From Mobula hypostoma (taxonomy: Eukaryota): 64,000 nucleotides of DNA. The stretch spans positions 200,014,001 through 200,078,000 of the forward strand of contig NC_086100.1 in NCBI RefSeq assembly GCF_963921235.1. The letters run 5' to 3'. The notes beneath the pieces are model-generated. The model saw only the letters and a program-made list of their open reading frames with translations, ran no database searches and was not told where the DNA came from. Below, piece by piece: positions 43,901-58,750 of the stretch. The stretch's first letter is position 1. The number at the start of each line of letters is the position of its first letter. Both the position numbers and the translations under genes were made by a program.

Positions 43901-46900
43901 CAACTGATACTGACTACTCAAGAGGTATGAGCCTACACTGAGACCCAGCTGATGCTGACTGCTCAACAGGTATAAGCCTACACTGAGACCCAGCTGATAC
44001 TGACTACTCAACAGGTATGAACCTACAGTGAGACCCAGATGATACTGACTACTCAACAAGTATGAGCCTACACTGAGACCCAGCTGATACTGACTACTCA
44101 ACAGGTATGAACCTACACTGAGACCCAGCTGATACTGACTACTCAACAGGTATGAACCTACACTGAGACCCAGCTGATACTGACTACTCAACAGGTATGA
44201 ACCTACACTGAGACCCAGCTGATACTGACTGCTCAACAGGTATGAGCCTACACTGAGACCCAGCTGATACTGACTGCTCAACAGGTATGAGCCTACACTG
44301 AGATCCAGCTGATACTGACTGCTCAACAGGTATGAAGCAACACTGAGACCCAGCTGATACTGACTACTCAACAGGTATGAGCCTACACTGAGACCCAGCT
44401 GATACTGACTACTCAACAGGTATGAGCCTACACTGAGACCCAGCTGATACTGACTGCTCAACAGGTATGAACGGACACTGAGACCCAGCTGATACTGACT
44501 ACTCAACAGGTATGAGCCTACACTGAGACCCAGCTGATACTGACTACTCAACAGGTATGAGCCTACACTGAGACCCAGCTGATACTGACTACTCAACAGG
44601 TATGAACCTACACTGAGACCCAGCTGATACTGACTGCTCAACAGGTATGAGCCTACACTGAGACCCAGCTGATACTGACTACTCAACAGGTATAAGCCTA
44701 CACTGAGATCCAGCTGATACTGACTAGTCAACAGGTATGAGCCTACACTGAGACCCAGCTGATACTGACTACTCAACAGGTATAAACCTACACTGAGACC
44801 CAGCTGATACTGACTACTCAACAGGTATAAGCCTACACTGAGACCCAGCTGATGCTGACTGCTCAACAGGTATAAGCCTACAGTGAGACCCAGCTGATAC
44901 TGACTACTCAACAGGAAAGAACCTACAGTGAGACCCAGCTGATACTGACTACTCAACAGGTATAAACCTACACTGAGACCCAGCTGCTACTGACTACTCA
45001 AGAGGTATGAGCCTACACTGAGACCCAGCTGATGCTGACGGCTCAACAGGTATAAGCCTACATGAGACCCAGCTGATACTGACTACTCAACAGGTATGAG
45101 CCTACACTGAGACCCAGCTGATACTGACTACTCAACAGGTATGAGCCTACACTGAGACCCAGCTGATACTGACTACTCAACAGGTATGAACCTACACTGA
45201 GACCCAGCTGATACTGACTACTCAACAGGTATGAGCCTACACTGAGACCCAGCTGATACTGACTGCTCAACAGGTATGAGCCTACACTGAGACCCAGCTG
45301 ATACTGACTACTCAACAGGTATGAGCCTACACTGAGACCCAGCTGATACTGACTACTCAACAGGTATGAGCCTACACTGAGACCCAGCTGATACTGACTA
45401 CTCAACAGGTATGAACCTACACTGAGACCCATCTGATACTGACTACTCAACAGGTATGAAGCTACACTGAGACCCAGCTGATACTGACTACTCAACAGGT
45501 ATGAGCCTACACTGAGACCCAGCTGATACTGACTGCTCAACAGGTATGAGCCTACACTGAGACCCAGCTGATACTGACTACTCAACAGGTATGAACCTAC
45601 ACTGAGACCCAGCTGATACTGACAACTCAACAGGTATGAGCCTACACTGAGACCCAGCTGATACTGACTACTCAACAGGTATGAGCCTACACTGAGACCC
45701 AGCTGATACTGACTACTCAACAGGTATGAAGCTACACTGAGACCCAGCTGATACTGACTACTCAACAGGTATGAGCCTACACTGAGACCCAGCTGATACT
45801 GACTACTCAACAGGTATAAACCTACACTGAGACCCAGCTGATACTGACTGCTCAACAGGTATGAGACTACACTGAGACCCAGCTGATACTGACTACTCAA
45901 CAGGTATGAGCCTACACTGAGACCCAGCTGATACTGACTACTCAACAGGTATGAGCCTACACTGAGACCCAGCTGATACTGACTACTCAACAGGTATGAA
46001 CCTACACTGAGACCCAGCTGATACTGACTACTCAACAGGTATGAACCTACACTGAGACCCAGCTGATACTGACTACTCAACAGGTATGAACCTACACTGA
46101 GACCCAGCTGATACTGACTGCTCAACAGGTATGAGCCTACACTGAGATCCAGCTGATACTGACTACTCAACAGGTATGAAGCAACACTGAGACCCAGCTG
46201 ATACTGACTACTCAACAGGTATGAGCCTACACTGAGACCCAGCTGATACTGACTACTCAACAGGTATGAGCCTACACTGAGACCCAGCTGATACTGACTG
46301 CTCAACAGGTATGAACCTACACTGAGACCCAGCTGATACTGACTGCTCAACAGGTATGAGCCTACACTGAGACCCAGCTGATACTGACTACTCAACAGGT
46401 ATGAGCCTACACTGAGACCCAGCTGATACTGACTACTCAACAGGTATGAACCTACACTGAGACCCAGCTGATACTGACTGCTCAACAGGTATGAGCCTAC
46501 ACTGAGACCCAGCTGATACTGACTACTCAACAGGTATGAGCCTACACTGAGACCCAGCTGATACTGACTACTCAACAGGTGGAGCCTACACTGAGACCCA
46601 GCTGATACTGACTGCTCAACAGGTATGAGCCTACACTGAGACCCAGCTGATACTGACTACTCAACAGGTATGAGCCTACACTGAGACCCAGCTGATACTG
46701 ACTGCTCAACAGGTATGAGCCTACACTGAGACCCAGCTGATACTGACTACTCAACAGGTATGAACCTACACTGAGACCCAGCTGATACTGACTACTCAAC
46801 AGGTATGAGCCTACACTGAGACCCAGCTGATACTGACTACTCAACAGGTATGAGCCTACACTGAGACCCAGCTGATACTGACTGCTCAACAGGTATAAAC

Positions 46901-49900
46901 CTACACTGAGACCCAGCTGATACTGACTACTCAACAGGTATAAACCTACACTGAGACCCAGCTGATACTGACTACTCAACAGGTATGAGCCTACACTGAG
47001 ACCCAGCTGATACTGACTACTCAACAGGTGTGAGCCTACACTGAGACCGGGCTGATACTGACTACTCAACAGGTATAAGCCTACACTGAGACCCAGCTGA
47101 TACTGACTGCTCAACAGGTATGAGCCTACACTGAGACCCAGCTGATACTGACTACTCAACAGGTATGAAGCGACACTGAGACCCAGCTGATACTGACTAC
47201 TCAACAGGTATGAGCCTACACTGAGACCCAGCTGATACTGACTGCTCAACAGGTATGAACCTACACTGAGACCCAGCTGATACTGACTGCTCAACAGGTA
47301 TGAGCCTACACTGAGACCCAGCTGATACTGACTACTCAACAGGTATGAGCCTACACTGAGACCCAGCTGATACTGACTACTCAACAGGTATGAACCTACA
47401 CTGAGACCCAGCTGATACTGACTACTCAACAGGTATGAACCTACACTGAGACCCAGCTGATACTGACTGCTCAACAGGTATGAGCCTACACTGAGATCCA
47501 TCTGATACTGACTGCTCAACAGGTATGATCCTACACTGAGATCCAGCTGATACTGACTGCTCAACAGGTATGAAGCAACACTGAGACCCAGCTGATACTG
47601 ACTACTCAACAGGTATGAGCCTACACTGAGACCCAGCTGATACTGACTACTCAACAGGTATGAGCCTACACTGAGACCCAGCTGATACTGACTGCTCAAC
47701 AGGTATGAACGGACACTGAGACCCAGCTGATACTGACTGCTCAACAGGTATGAGCCTACACCTAGACCCAGCTGATACTGACTACTCAACAGGTATGAGC
47801 CTACACTGAGACCCAGCTGATACTGACTACTCAACAGGTATGAACCTACACTGAGACCCAGCTGATACTGACTGCTCAACAGGTATGAGCCTACACTGAG
47901 ACCCAGCTGATACTGACTACTCAACAGGTATAAGCCTACACTGAGATCCAGCTGATACTGACTAGTCAACAGGTATGAGCCTACACTGAGACCCAGCTGA
48001 TACTGACTACTCAACAGGTATAAACCTACACTGAGACCCAGCTGATACTGACTACTCAACAGGTATAAGCCTACACTGAGACCCAGCTGATGCTGACTGC
48101 TCAACAGGTATAAGCCTACAGTGAGACCCAGCTGATACTGACTACTCAACAGGTATGAACCTACAGTGAGACCCAGATGATACTGACTACTCAACAGGTA
48201 TGAAGCTACACTGAGACCCAGCTGATACTGACTACTCAACAGGTATGAGCCTACACTGAGACCCAGCTGATACTGACTACTCAACAGGTATAAACCTGCA
48301 CTGAGACCCAGCTGATGCTGACTGCTCAACAGGTATGAAACTACACTGAGACCCAGCTGATACTGACTACTCAACAGGTATGAGCCTACACTGAGACCCA
48401 GCTGATACAGACTACTCAACAGGTATGAGCCTACAGTGAGACCCAGCTGATATTGACTACTGAACAGGTATGAACCTACACTGAGACCCAGCTGATACTG
48501 ACTACTCAACAGGTATGAAGCTACACTGAGACCCAGCTGATACTGACTACTCAACAGGTATGAGCCTACACTGAGACCCAGCTGATACTGACTGCTCAAC
48601 AGGTATAAGCCTACAGTGAGACCCAGCTGATACTGACTACTCAACAGGTATGAACCTACTGTGAGACCCAGATGATACTGACTACTCAACAAGTATGAGC
48701 CTACACTGAGACCCAGCTGATACTGACTACTCAACAGTATGAACCTACACTGAGACCCAGCTGATACTGACTACTCTACAGTTATGAAGCTACAGTGAGA
48801 CCCAGCTGATACTGACAACTCAACAGGTATGAGCCTACACTGAGACCCAGCTGATACTGACTACTCAACAGGTATAAACCTGCACTGAGACCCAGCTGAT
48901 GCTGACTGCTCAACAGGTATGAAACTACACTGAGACCCAGCTGATACTGACTACTCAACAGGTATGAGCCTACACTGAGACCCAGCTGATACTGACTACT
49001 CAACAGGTATGAGCCTACACTGAGACCCAGCTGATACTGACTACTCAACAGGTATGAACCTACACTGAGACCCATCTGATACTGACTACTCAACAGGTAT
49101 GAACCTACACTGAGACCCAGCTGATACTGACTGCTCAACAGGTATGAGCCTACACTGAGACCCAGCTGATACTGACTACTCAATAGGTATGAAGCTACAC
49201 TGAGACCCAGCTGATACTGACTACTCAACAGGTATGAGCCTACACTGAGACCCAGCTGATACTGACTACTCAACAGGTATGAGCCTACACTGAGACCCAG
49301 CTGATACTGACTGCTCAACAGGTATGAACGGACACTGAGACCCAGCTGATACTGACTGCTCAGCAGGTATGAGCCTACTCCTAGACGCAGCTTATACTGA
49401 CTACTCAACAGTTATGAGCCTAAACTGAGACCCAGCTGATACTGACTACTCAACAGGTATGAACCTACACTGAGACCCAGCTGATACTGACTGCTCAACA
49501 GGTATGAGCCTACACTGAGACCCAGCTGATACTGACTACTCAACAGGTATGAGCCTACACTGAGACCGTGCTGATACTGACTACTCAACAGGTATAAGCC
49601 TACACTGAGACCCAGCTGATACTGACTGCTCAACAGGTCTGAGCCTACACAGAGACCCAGCTGATACTGACTACTCAACAGGTATGAGCCTACACTGAGA
49701 CCCAGCTGATACTGACTACTCAACAGGTATGAGCCTACACTGAGACCCAGCTGATACTGACTACTCAACAGGTATAAGCCTACACTGAGACCCAGCTGAT
49801 ACTGACTACTCAACAGGTATGAGCCTACACTGAGACCCAGCTGATACTGACTACTCAACAGGTATGAACCTACACTGAGACCCAGCTGATACTGACTACT

Positions 49901-52019
49901 CAACAGGTATAAACCTACACTGAGACCCAGCTGATACTGACTACTCAACAGGTATGAACCTACACTGAGACCCAGCTGATACTGACTGCTCAACAGGTAT
50001 GAGCCTACACTGAGACCCAGCTGATACTGACTACTCAACAGGTATGAAGCTACACTGAGACCCAGCTGATACTGACTACTCAACAAGTATGAGCCTACAC
50101 TGAGACCCAGCTGATACTGACTACTCAACAGGTATGAGCCTACACTGAGATCCAGCTGATACTGACTGCTCAACAGGTATGAACGTACACTGAGACCCAG
50201 CTGATACTGACTGCTCAACAGGTATGAGCCTACACTGAGACCCAGCTGATACTGACTACTCAACAGGTATGAGCCTACACTGAGACCCAGCTGATACTGA
50301 CTACTCAACAGGTATGAACCTACACTGAGACCCAGCTGATACTGACTGCTCAACAGGTATGAGCCTACACTGAGACCCAGCTGATACTGACTACTCAACA
50401 GGTATGAGCCTACACTGAGACCCAGCTGATACTGACTACTCAACAGGTATGAGCCTACACTGAGACCCAGCTGATACTGACTGCTCAACAGGTATTAGCC
50501 TACACTGAGACCCAGCTGATACTGACTACTCAAAAGGTATGAGCCTACACTGAGACCCAGCTGATACTGACTGCTCAGCAGGTATGGGCCTACAGTGAGA
50601 CCCAGCTGATACTGACTACTCAACAGGTATGAGCCTACACTGAGACCCAGCTGATACTGACTACTCAACAGGTATGAGCCTACACTGAGATCCATCTGAT
50701 ACTGACTGCTCAACAGGTATGATCCTACACTGAGATCCAGCTGATACTGACTGCTCAACAGGTATGAAGCAACACTGAGACCCAGCTGATACTGACTACT
50801 CAACAGGTATGAGCCTACACTGAGACCCAGCTGATACTGACTACTCAACAGGTATGAGCCTACACTGAGACCCAGCTGATACTGACTGCTCAACAGGTAT
50901 GAACGGACACTGAGACCCAGCTGATACTGACTGCTCAACAGGTATGAGCCTACACTGAGACCCAGCTGATACTGACTACTCAACAGGTATGAGCCTAAAC
51001 TGAGACCCAGCTGATACTGACTACTCAACAGGTATGAACCTACACTGAGACCCAGCTGATACTGACTGCTCAACAGGTATGAGCCTACACTGAGACCCAG
51101 CTGATACTGACTACTCAACAGGTATAAGCCTACACTGAGATCCAGCTGATACTGACTAGTCAACAGGTATGAGCCCACACTGAGACCCAGCTGATACTGA
51201 CTACTCAACAGGTATAAACCTACACTGAGACCCAGCTGATACTGACTACTCAACAGGTATAAGCCTACACTGAGACCCAGCTGATGCTGACTGCTCAACA
51301 GGTATAAGCCTACAGTGAGACCCAGCTGATACTGACTACTCAACAGGTAAGAACCTACAGTGAGACCCAGATGATACTGACTACTCAACAGGTATGAAGC
51401 TACACTGAGACCCAACTGATACTGACTACTCAAGAGGTATGAGCCTACACTGAGACCCAGCTGATGCTGACTGCTCAACAGGTATAAGCCTACAGTGAGA
51501 CCCAGCTGATACTGACTACTCAACAGGTATGAACCTACTGTGAGACCCAGATGATACTGACTACTCAACAAGTATGAGCCTACACTGAGACCCAGCTGAT
51601 ACTGACTACTCAACAGTATGAACCTACACTGAGACCCAGCTGATACTGACTACTCAACAGGTATAAACCTGCACTGAGACCCAGCTGATGCTGACTGCTC
51701 AACAGGTATGAAACTACACTGAGACCAAGCTGATACTGACTACTCAACAGGTATGAGCCTACACTGAGATCCAGCTGATACTGACTACTCAACAGGTATG
51801 AGCCTACAGTGAGACCCAGCTGATACTGACTACTCAACAGGTATGAACCTACACTGAGACCCAGCTGATACTGACCGCTCAACAGGTATAAGCCTACACT
51901 GAGACCCAGCTGATACTGACTACTCAACAGGTATGAACCTACAGTGAGACCCAGATGATACTGACTACTCAACAAGTATGAGCCTACACTGAGACCCAGC
52001 TGATACTGACTACTCAACA

Positions 52020-54900
52020 GTATGAACCTACACTGAGACCCAGCTGATACTGACTACTCAACAGTTATGAAGCTACACTGAGACCCAGCTGATACTGACA
52101 ACTCAACAGGTATGAGCCTACACTGAGACCCAGCTGATACTGACTACTCAACAGGTATAAACCTGCACTGAGACCCAGCTGATGCTGACTGCTCAAAAGG
52201 TATGAAACTACACTGAGAGCAAGCTGATACTGACTACTCAACAGGTATGAGCCTATACTAAGACCCAGCTGATACTGACTACTCAACAGGTATGAGCCTA
52301 CAGTGAGACCCAGCTGATACTGACTACTCAACAGGTATGAACCTACACTGAGACCCAGCTGATACTGACTACTGAACAGGTATGAACCCACACTGAGACC
52401 CAGCTGATACTGACTGCTCAACAGGTATGAACGTACACTGAGACCCAGCTGATACTGACTGCTCAACAGGTATGAGCCTACACTGAGACCCAGCTGATAC
52501 TGACTACTCAACAGGTATGAGCCTACACTGAGACCCAGCTGATACTGACTACTCAACAGGTATGAGCCTACAATGAGACCCAGCTGATACTGACTACTCA
52601 ACAGGTATGAGCCTACACTGAGACCCAGCTGATACTGACTGCTCAACAGGGATGAACGGACACTGAGACCCAGCTGATACTGACTGCTCAACAGGTATGA
52701 GCCTACACTGAGACCCAGCTGATACTGACTACTCAACAGGTATGAGCCTACACTGAGACCCAGCTGATACTGACTACTCAACAGGTATGAACCTACACTG
52801 AGACCCAGCTGATACTGACTGCTCAACAGGTATGAGCCTACACTGAGACCCAGCTGATACTGACTACTCAACAGGTATGAGCCTACACTGAGACTGGGCT
52901 GATACTGACTACTCAACAGGTATGAAGATAAACTGAGACCCAACTGATACTGACTAATTAACAGGTATGAGCCTACACTGAGACCCAGCTGATACTGACT
53001 GCTCAACAGGTATAAGCCTACACTGAGACCCAGCTGATACTGACTGCTCAACAGGTATGAGCCTACACTGAGACCCAGCTGATACTGACTACTCAACAGG
53101 TATGAATCTACACTGAGACCCAGCTGATACTGACTACTCAACAGGTATAAGCCTACACTGAGACCCAGCTGATGCTGACTGCTCAACAGGTATAAGCCTA
53201 CAGTGAGACCCAGCTGATACTGACTACTCAACAGGTAAGAACCTACAGTGAGACCCAGATGATACTGACTACTCAACAGGTATGAAGCTACACTGAGACC
53301 CAACTGATACTGACTACTCAAGAGGTATGAGCCTACACTGAGACCCAGCTGATGCTGACTGCTCAACAGGTATAAGCCTACACTGAGACCCAGCTGATAC
53401 TGACTACTCAACAGGTATGAACCTACAGTGAGACCCAGCTGATACTGACTACTCAACAGGTATGAGCCTACACTGAGACCCAGCTGATACTGACTACTCA
53501 ACAGGTATGAACCTACACTGAGACCCAGCTGATACTGACTACTCAACAGGTATAAACCTGCACTGAGACCCAGCTGATGCTGACTGCTCAACAGGTATGA
53601 AACTACACTGAGAGCAAGCTGATACTGACTACTCAACAGGTATGAGCCTATACTAAGACCCAGCTGATACAGACTACTCAAGAGGTATGAGCCTACAGTG
53701 AGACCCAGCTGATATTGACTACTGAACAGGTATGAACCTACACTGAGACCCAGCTGATACTGACGGCTCAACAGGTATAAGCCTACACTGAGACCCAGCT
53801 GATACTGACTACTCAACAGGTATGAACCTACACTGAGACCCAGATGATACTGACTACTCAACAAGTATGAGCCTACACTGAGACCCAGCTGATACTGACT
53901 ACTCAACAGTATGAACCTACACTGAGACCCAGCTGATACTGACTACTCAACAGTTATGAAGCTACACTGAGACCCAGCTGATACTGACAACTCAACAGGT
54001 ATGAGCCTAAACTGAGACCCAGCTGATACTGACTACTCAACAGGTATAAACCTGCACTGAGACCCAGCTGATGCTGACTGCTCAACAGGTATGAAACTAC
54101 ACTGAGAGCAAGCTGATACTGACTACTCAACAGGTATGAGCCTATACTAAGACCCAGCTGATACTGACAACTCAACAGGTATGAGCCTACAGTGAGACCC
54201 AGCTGATACTGACTACTGAACAGGTATGAACCTACACTGAGACCCAGCTGATACTGACTACTCAACAGGTATGAACCTACACTGAGACCCAGCTGATACT
54301 GACTACTCAACATGTATGAACCTACACTGAGACCCAGCTGATACTGACTGCTCAACAGGTATGAGCCTACACTGAGAACCAGCTGATACTGACTACTCAA
54401 CAGGTATGAAGCAACACTGAGACCAAGCTGATACTGACTACTCAACAGGTATGAGCCTACAATGAGACCCAGCTGATACTGACTACTCAACAGGTATGAG
54501 CCTACACTGAGACCCAGCTGATACTGACTGCTCAACAGGTATGAACGGACACTGAGACCCAGCTGATACTGACTGCTCAACAGGTATGAGCCTACACTGA
54601 GACCCAGCTGATACTGACTACTCAACAGGTATGAGCATAAACTGAGACCCAGCTGATACTGACTACTCAACAGGTATGAACCTACACTGAGACCCAGCTG
54701 ATACTGACTGCTCAACAGGTATGAGCCTACACTGAGACCCAGCTGATACTGACTACTCAACAGGTATGAGCCTACACTGAGACTGGGCTGATACTGACTA
54801 CTCAACAGGTATGAAGATAAACTGAGACCCAACTGATACTGACTAATTAACAGGTATGAGCCTACACTGAGACCCAGCTGATACTGACTGCTCAACAGGT
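52020..54900. repeat. Higher-order duplication, period 1889 bp (42 monomers minus 1 bp)
   Basis: The rare cassette GACTGGGCTG...GAAGATAAACT...GACTAATTAAC occurs at 52892 and 54781. CAGTTATGAAG stops are at 52065 and 53954, and GAACGGAC shows the same offset. Confidence 0.8.
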
Positions 54901-57900
54901 ATGAGCCTACACTGAGACCCAGCTGATACTGACTGCTCAACAGGTATGAGCCTACAGTGAGACCCAGCTGATACTGACTACTCAACAGGTATGAACCTAC
55001 AGTGAGACCCAGCTGATACTGACTACTCAACAGGTATGAGCCTACACTGAGACCCAGCTGATACTGACTACTCAACAGGTATGAACCTACACTGAGACCC
55101 AGCTGATACTGACTACTCAACAGGTATAATCCTGTACACTGAGACCCAGCTGATACTGACTACTCAACAGGTATGAACCTACACTGAGACCCAGCTGATA
55201 CTGACTGCTCAACAGGTATGAGCCTACACTGAGACCCAGCTGATACTGACTACTCAACAGGTATGAACCTACAGTGAGACCCAGCTGATACTGACTACTC
55301 AACAGGTATGAGCCTACACTGAGACCCAGCTGATACTGACTACTCAACAGCATGAACCTACACTGACACCCAGCTGATACTGACTACTCAACAGTTATGA
55401 AGCTACACTGAGACCCAGCTGATACTGACTACTCAACAGGTATGAGCCTACACTGAGACCCAGCTGATGCTGACTGCTCAACAGGTATGAAACTGCACTG
55501 AGACCGAGCTGATACTGACTACTCAACAGGTATGAGCCGATACTAAGACCCAGCTGATACTGACTACTCAACAGGTATGAGCCTACACTGAGACCCAGCT
55601 GATACTGACTACTCAACAGGTATGAACCTACACTGAGACCCAGCTGATACTGACTACTCAACAGGTATGAACCTACACTGAGACCCAGCTGATACTGACT
55701 GCTCAACAGGTATGAGCCTACACTGAGATCCAGCTGATACTGACTGCTCAACAGGTATGATCCTACACTGAGATCCAGCTGATACTGACTACTCAACAGG
55801 TATGAAGCAACACTGAGACCCAGCTGATACTGACTACTCAACAGATATGACCCTACACTGAGACCCAGCTGATACTGACTACTCAACAGGTATGAGCCTA
55901 CACTGAGACCCAGCTGATACTGACTGCTCAACAGCTATGAACGGACACTGAGACCCAGCTGATACTGACAGCTCAACAGGTATGAGCATACACTGAGACC
56001 CAGCTGATACTGACTACTCAACAGGTATGAGCCTACACTGAGACCCAGCTGATACTGACTACTCAACAGGTATGAACCTACACTGAGACCCAGCTGATAC
56101 TGACTGCTCAACAGGTATGAGCCTACACTGAGACCCAGCTGATACTGACTACTCAACAGGTATAAGCCTACACTGAGATCCAGCTGATACTGACTAGTCA
56201 ACAGGTATGAGCCCACACTGAGACCCAGCTGATACTGACTACTCAACAGGTACAAACCTACACTGAGACCCAGCTGATACTGACTACTCAACAGGTATAA
56301 GCCTACACTGAGACACAGCTGATGCTGACTGCTCAACAGGTATAAGCCTACAGTGAGACCCAGCTGATACTGACTACTCAACAGGTAAGAACCTACACTG
56401 AGACCCAGCTGATACTGACTACTCAACAGGTATGAAGCTACACTGAGACCCAACTGATACTGACTACTCAACAGGTATGAGCCTACACTGAGACCCAGCT
56501 GATACTGACTGCTCAACAGGTATAAACCTGCACTGAGACCCAGCTGATGCTGACTGCTCAACAGGTATGAAACTACACTGAGACCCAGCTGATACTGACT
56601 ACTCAACAGGTATGAGCCTATACTAAGACCCAGCTGATACAGACTACTCAAGAGGTATGAGCCTACAGTGAGACCCAGCTGATATTGACTACTGAACAGA
56701 ATTGAACCTACACTGAGACCCAGCTGATACTGACTACTCAACAGGTATGAAGCTACACTGAGACCCAACTGATACTGACTACTCAACAGGTATGAGCCTA
56801 CACTGAGACCCAGCTGATACTGACTGCTCAACAGGTATAAGCCTACACTGAGACCCAGCTGATACTGACTACTCAACAGGTATGAACCTACAGTGAGACC
56901 CAGATGATACTGACTACTCAACAGGTATGAGCCTACACTGAGACCCAGCTGATACTGACTACTCAACAGGTATGAACCTACACTGAGACCCAGCTGATAC
57001 TGACTACTCAACAGTTATGAAGCTACACTGAGACCCAGCTGATACTGACAACTCAACAGGGATGAGCCTAAACTGAGACCCAGCTGATACTGACTACTCA
57101 ACAGGTATAAACCTGCACTGAGACCCAGCTGATGCTGACTGCTCAACAGGTATGAAACTACACTGAGACCCAGCTGATACTGACTACTCAACAGGTATGA
57201 GCCGATACTAAGACCCAGCTGATACTGACTACTCAACAGGTATGAGCCTACGGTGAGACCCAGCTGATACTGACTACTCAACAGGTATGAACCTACACTG
57301 AGACCCAGCTGATACTGACTAATCAACAGGTATGAACCCACACTGAGACCCAGCTGATACTGACTGCTCAACAGGTATGAGCCTACACTGAGATCCAGCT
57401 GATACTGACTGCTCAACAGGTATGAGCCTACACTGAGATCCAGCTGATACTGACTACTCAACAGCTATGAAGCAACACTGGGACCCAGCTGATACTGACT
57501 ACTCAACAGATATGACCCTACACTGAGACCCAGCTGATACTGACTACTCAACAGGTATGAGCCTACACTGAGACCCAGCTGATACTGACTGCTCAACAGC
57601 TATGAACGGACACTGAGACCCAGCTGATACTGACAGCTCAACAGGTATGAGCATACACTGAGGCCCAGCTGATACTGACTACTCAACGGGTATGAGCCTA
57701 AACTGAGACCCAGCTGATACTGACTACTCAACAGGTATGAACCTACACTGAGACCCAGCTGATACTGACTGCTCAACAGGTATGAGCCTACACTGAGACC
57801 CAGCTGATACTGACTACTCAACAGGTATAAGCCTACACTGAGATCCAGCTGATACAGACTATTCAACAGGTATGAGCCCACACTGAGACCCAGCTGATAC

Positions 57901-58750
57901 TGACTACTCAACAGGTACAAACCTACACTGAGACCCAGCTGATACTGACTACTCAACAGGTAAGAACCTACAGTGAGACCCAGATGATACTGACTACTCA
58001 ACAGGTATGAAGCTACACTGAGACCCAACTGATACTGACTACTCAAGAGGTATGAGCCTACACTGAGACCCAGCTGATGCTGACGGCTCAACAGGTATAA
58101 ACCTGCACTGAGACCCAGCTGATGCTGACTGCTCAACAGGTATGAAACTACACTGAGAGCAAGCTGATACTGACTACTCAACAGGTATGAGCCTATACTA
58201 AGACCCAGCTGATACAGACTACTCAAGAGGTATGAGCCTACAGTGAGACCCAGCTGATATTGACTATTGAACAGGTATGAACCTACAGTGAGACCCAGAT
58301 GATACTAACTACTCAACAAGTATGAGCCTACACTGAGACCCAGCTGATACTGACTACTCAACAGTATGAACCTACACTGAGACCCAGCTGATACTGACTA
58401 CTCAACAGTTATGAAGCTACACTGAGACCCAGCTGATACTGACAACTCAACAGGTATGAGCCTAAACTGAGACCCAGCTGATACTGACTACTCAACAGGT
58501 ATAAACCTGCACTGAGACCCAGCTGATGCTGACTGCTCAACAGGTATGAAACTACACTGAGAGCAAGCTGATACTGACTACTCAACAGGTATGAGCCTAT
58601 ACTAAGACCCAGCTGATACTGACAACTCAACAGGTATGAGCCTACAGTGAGACCCAGCTGATACTGACTACTGAACAGGTATGAACCTACACTGAGACCC
58701 AGCTGATACTGACTACTCAACAGGTATGAACCTACACTGAGACCCAGCTG

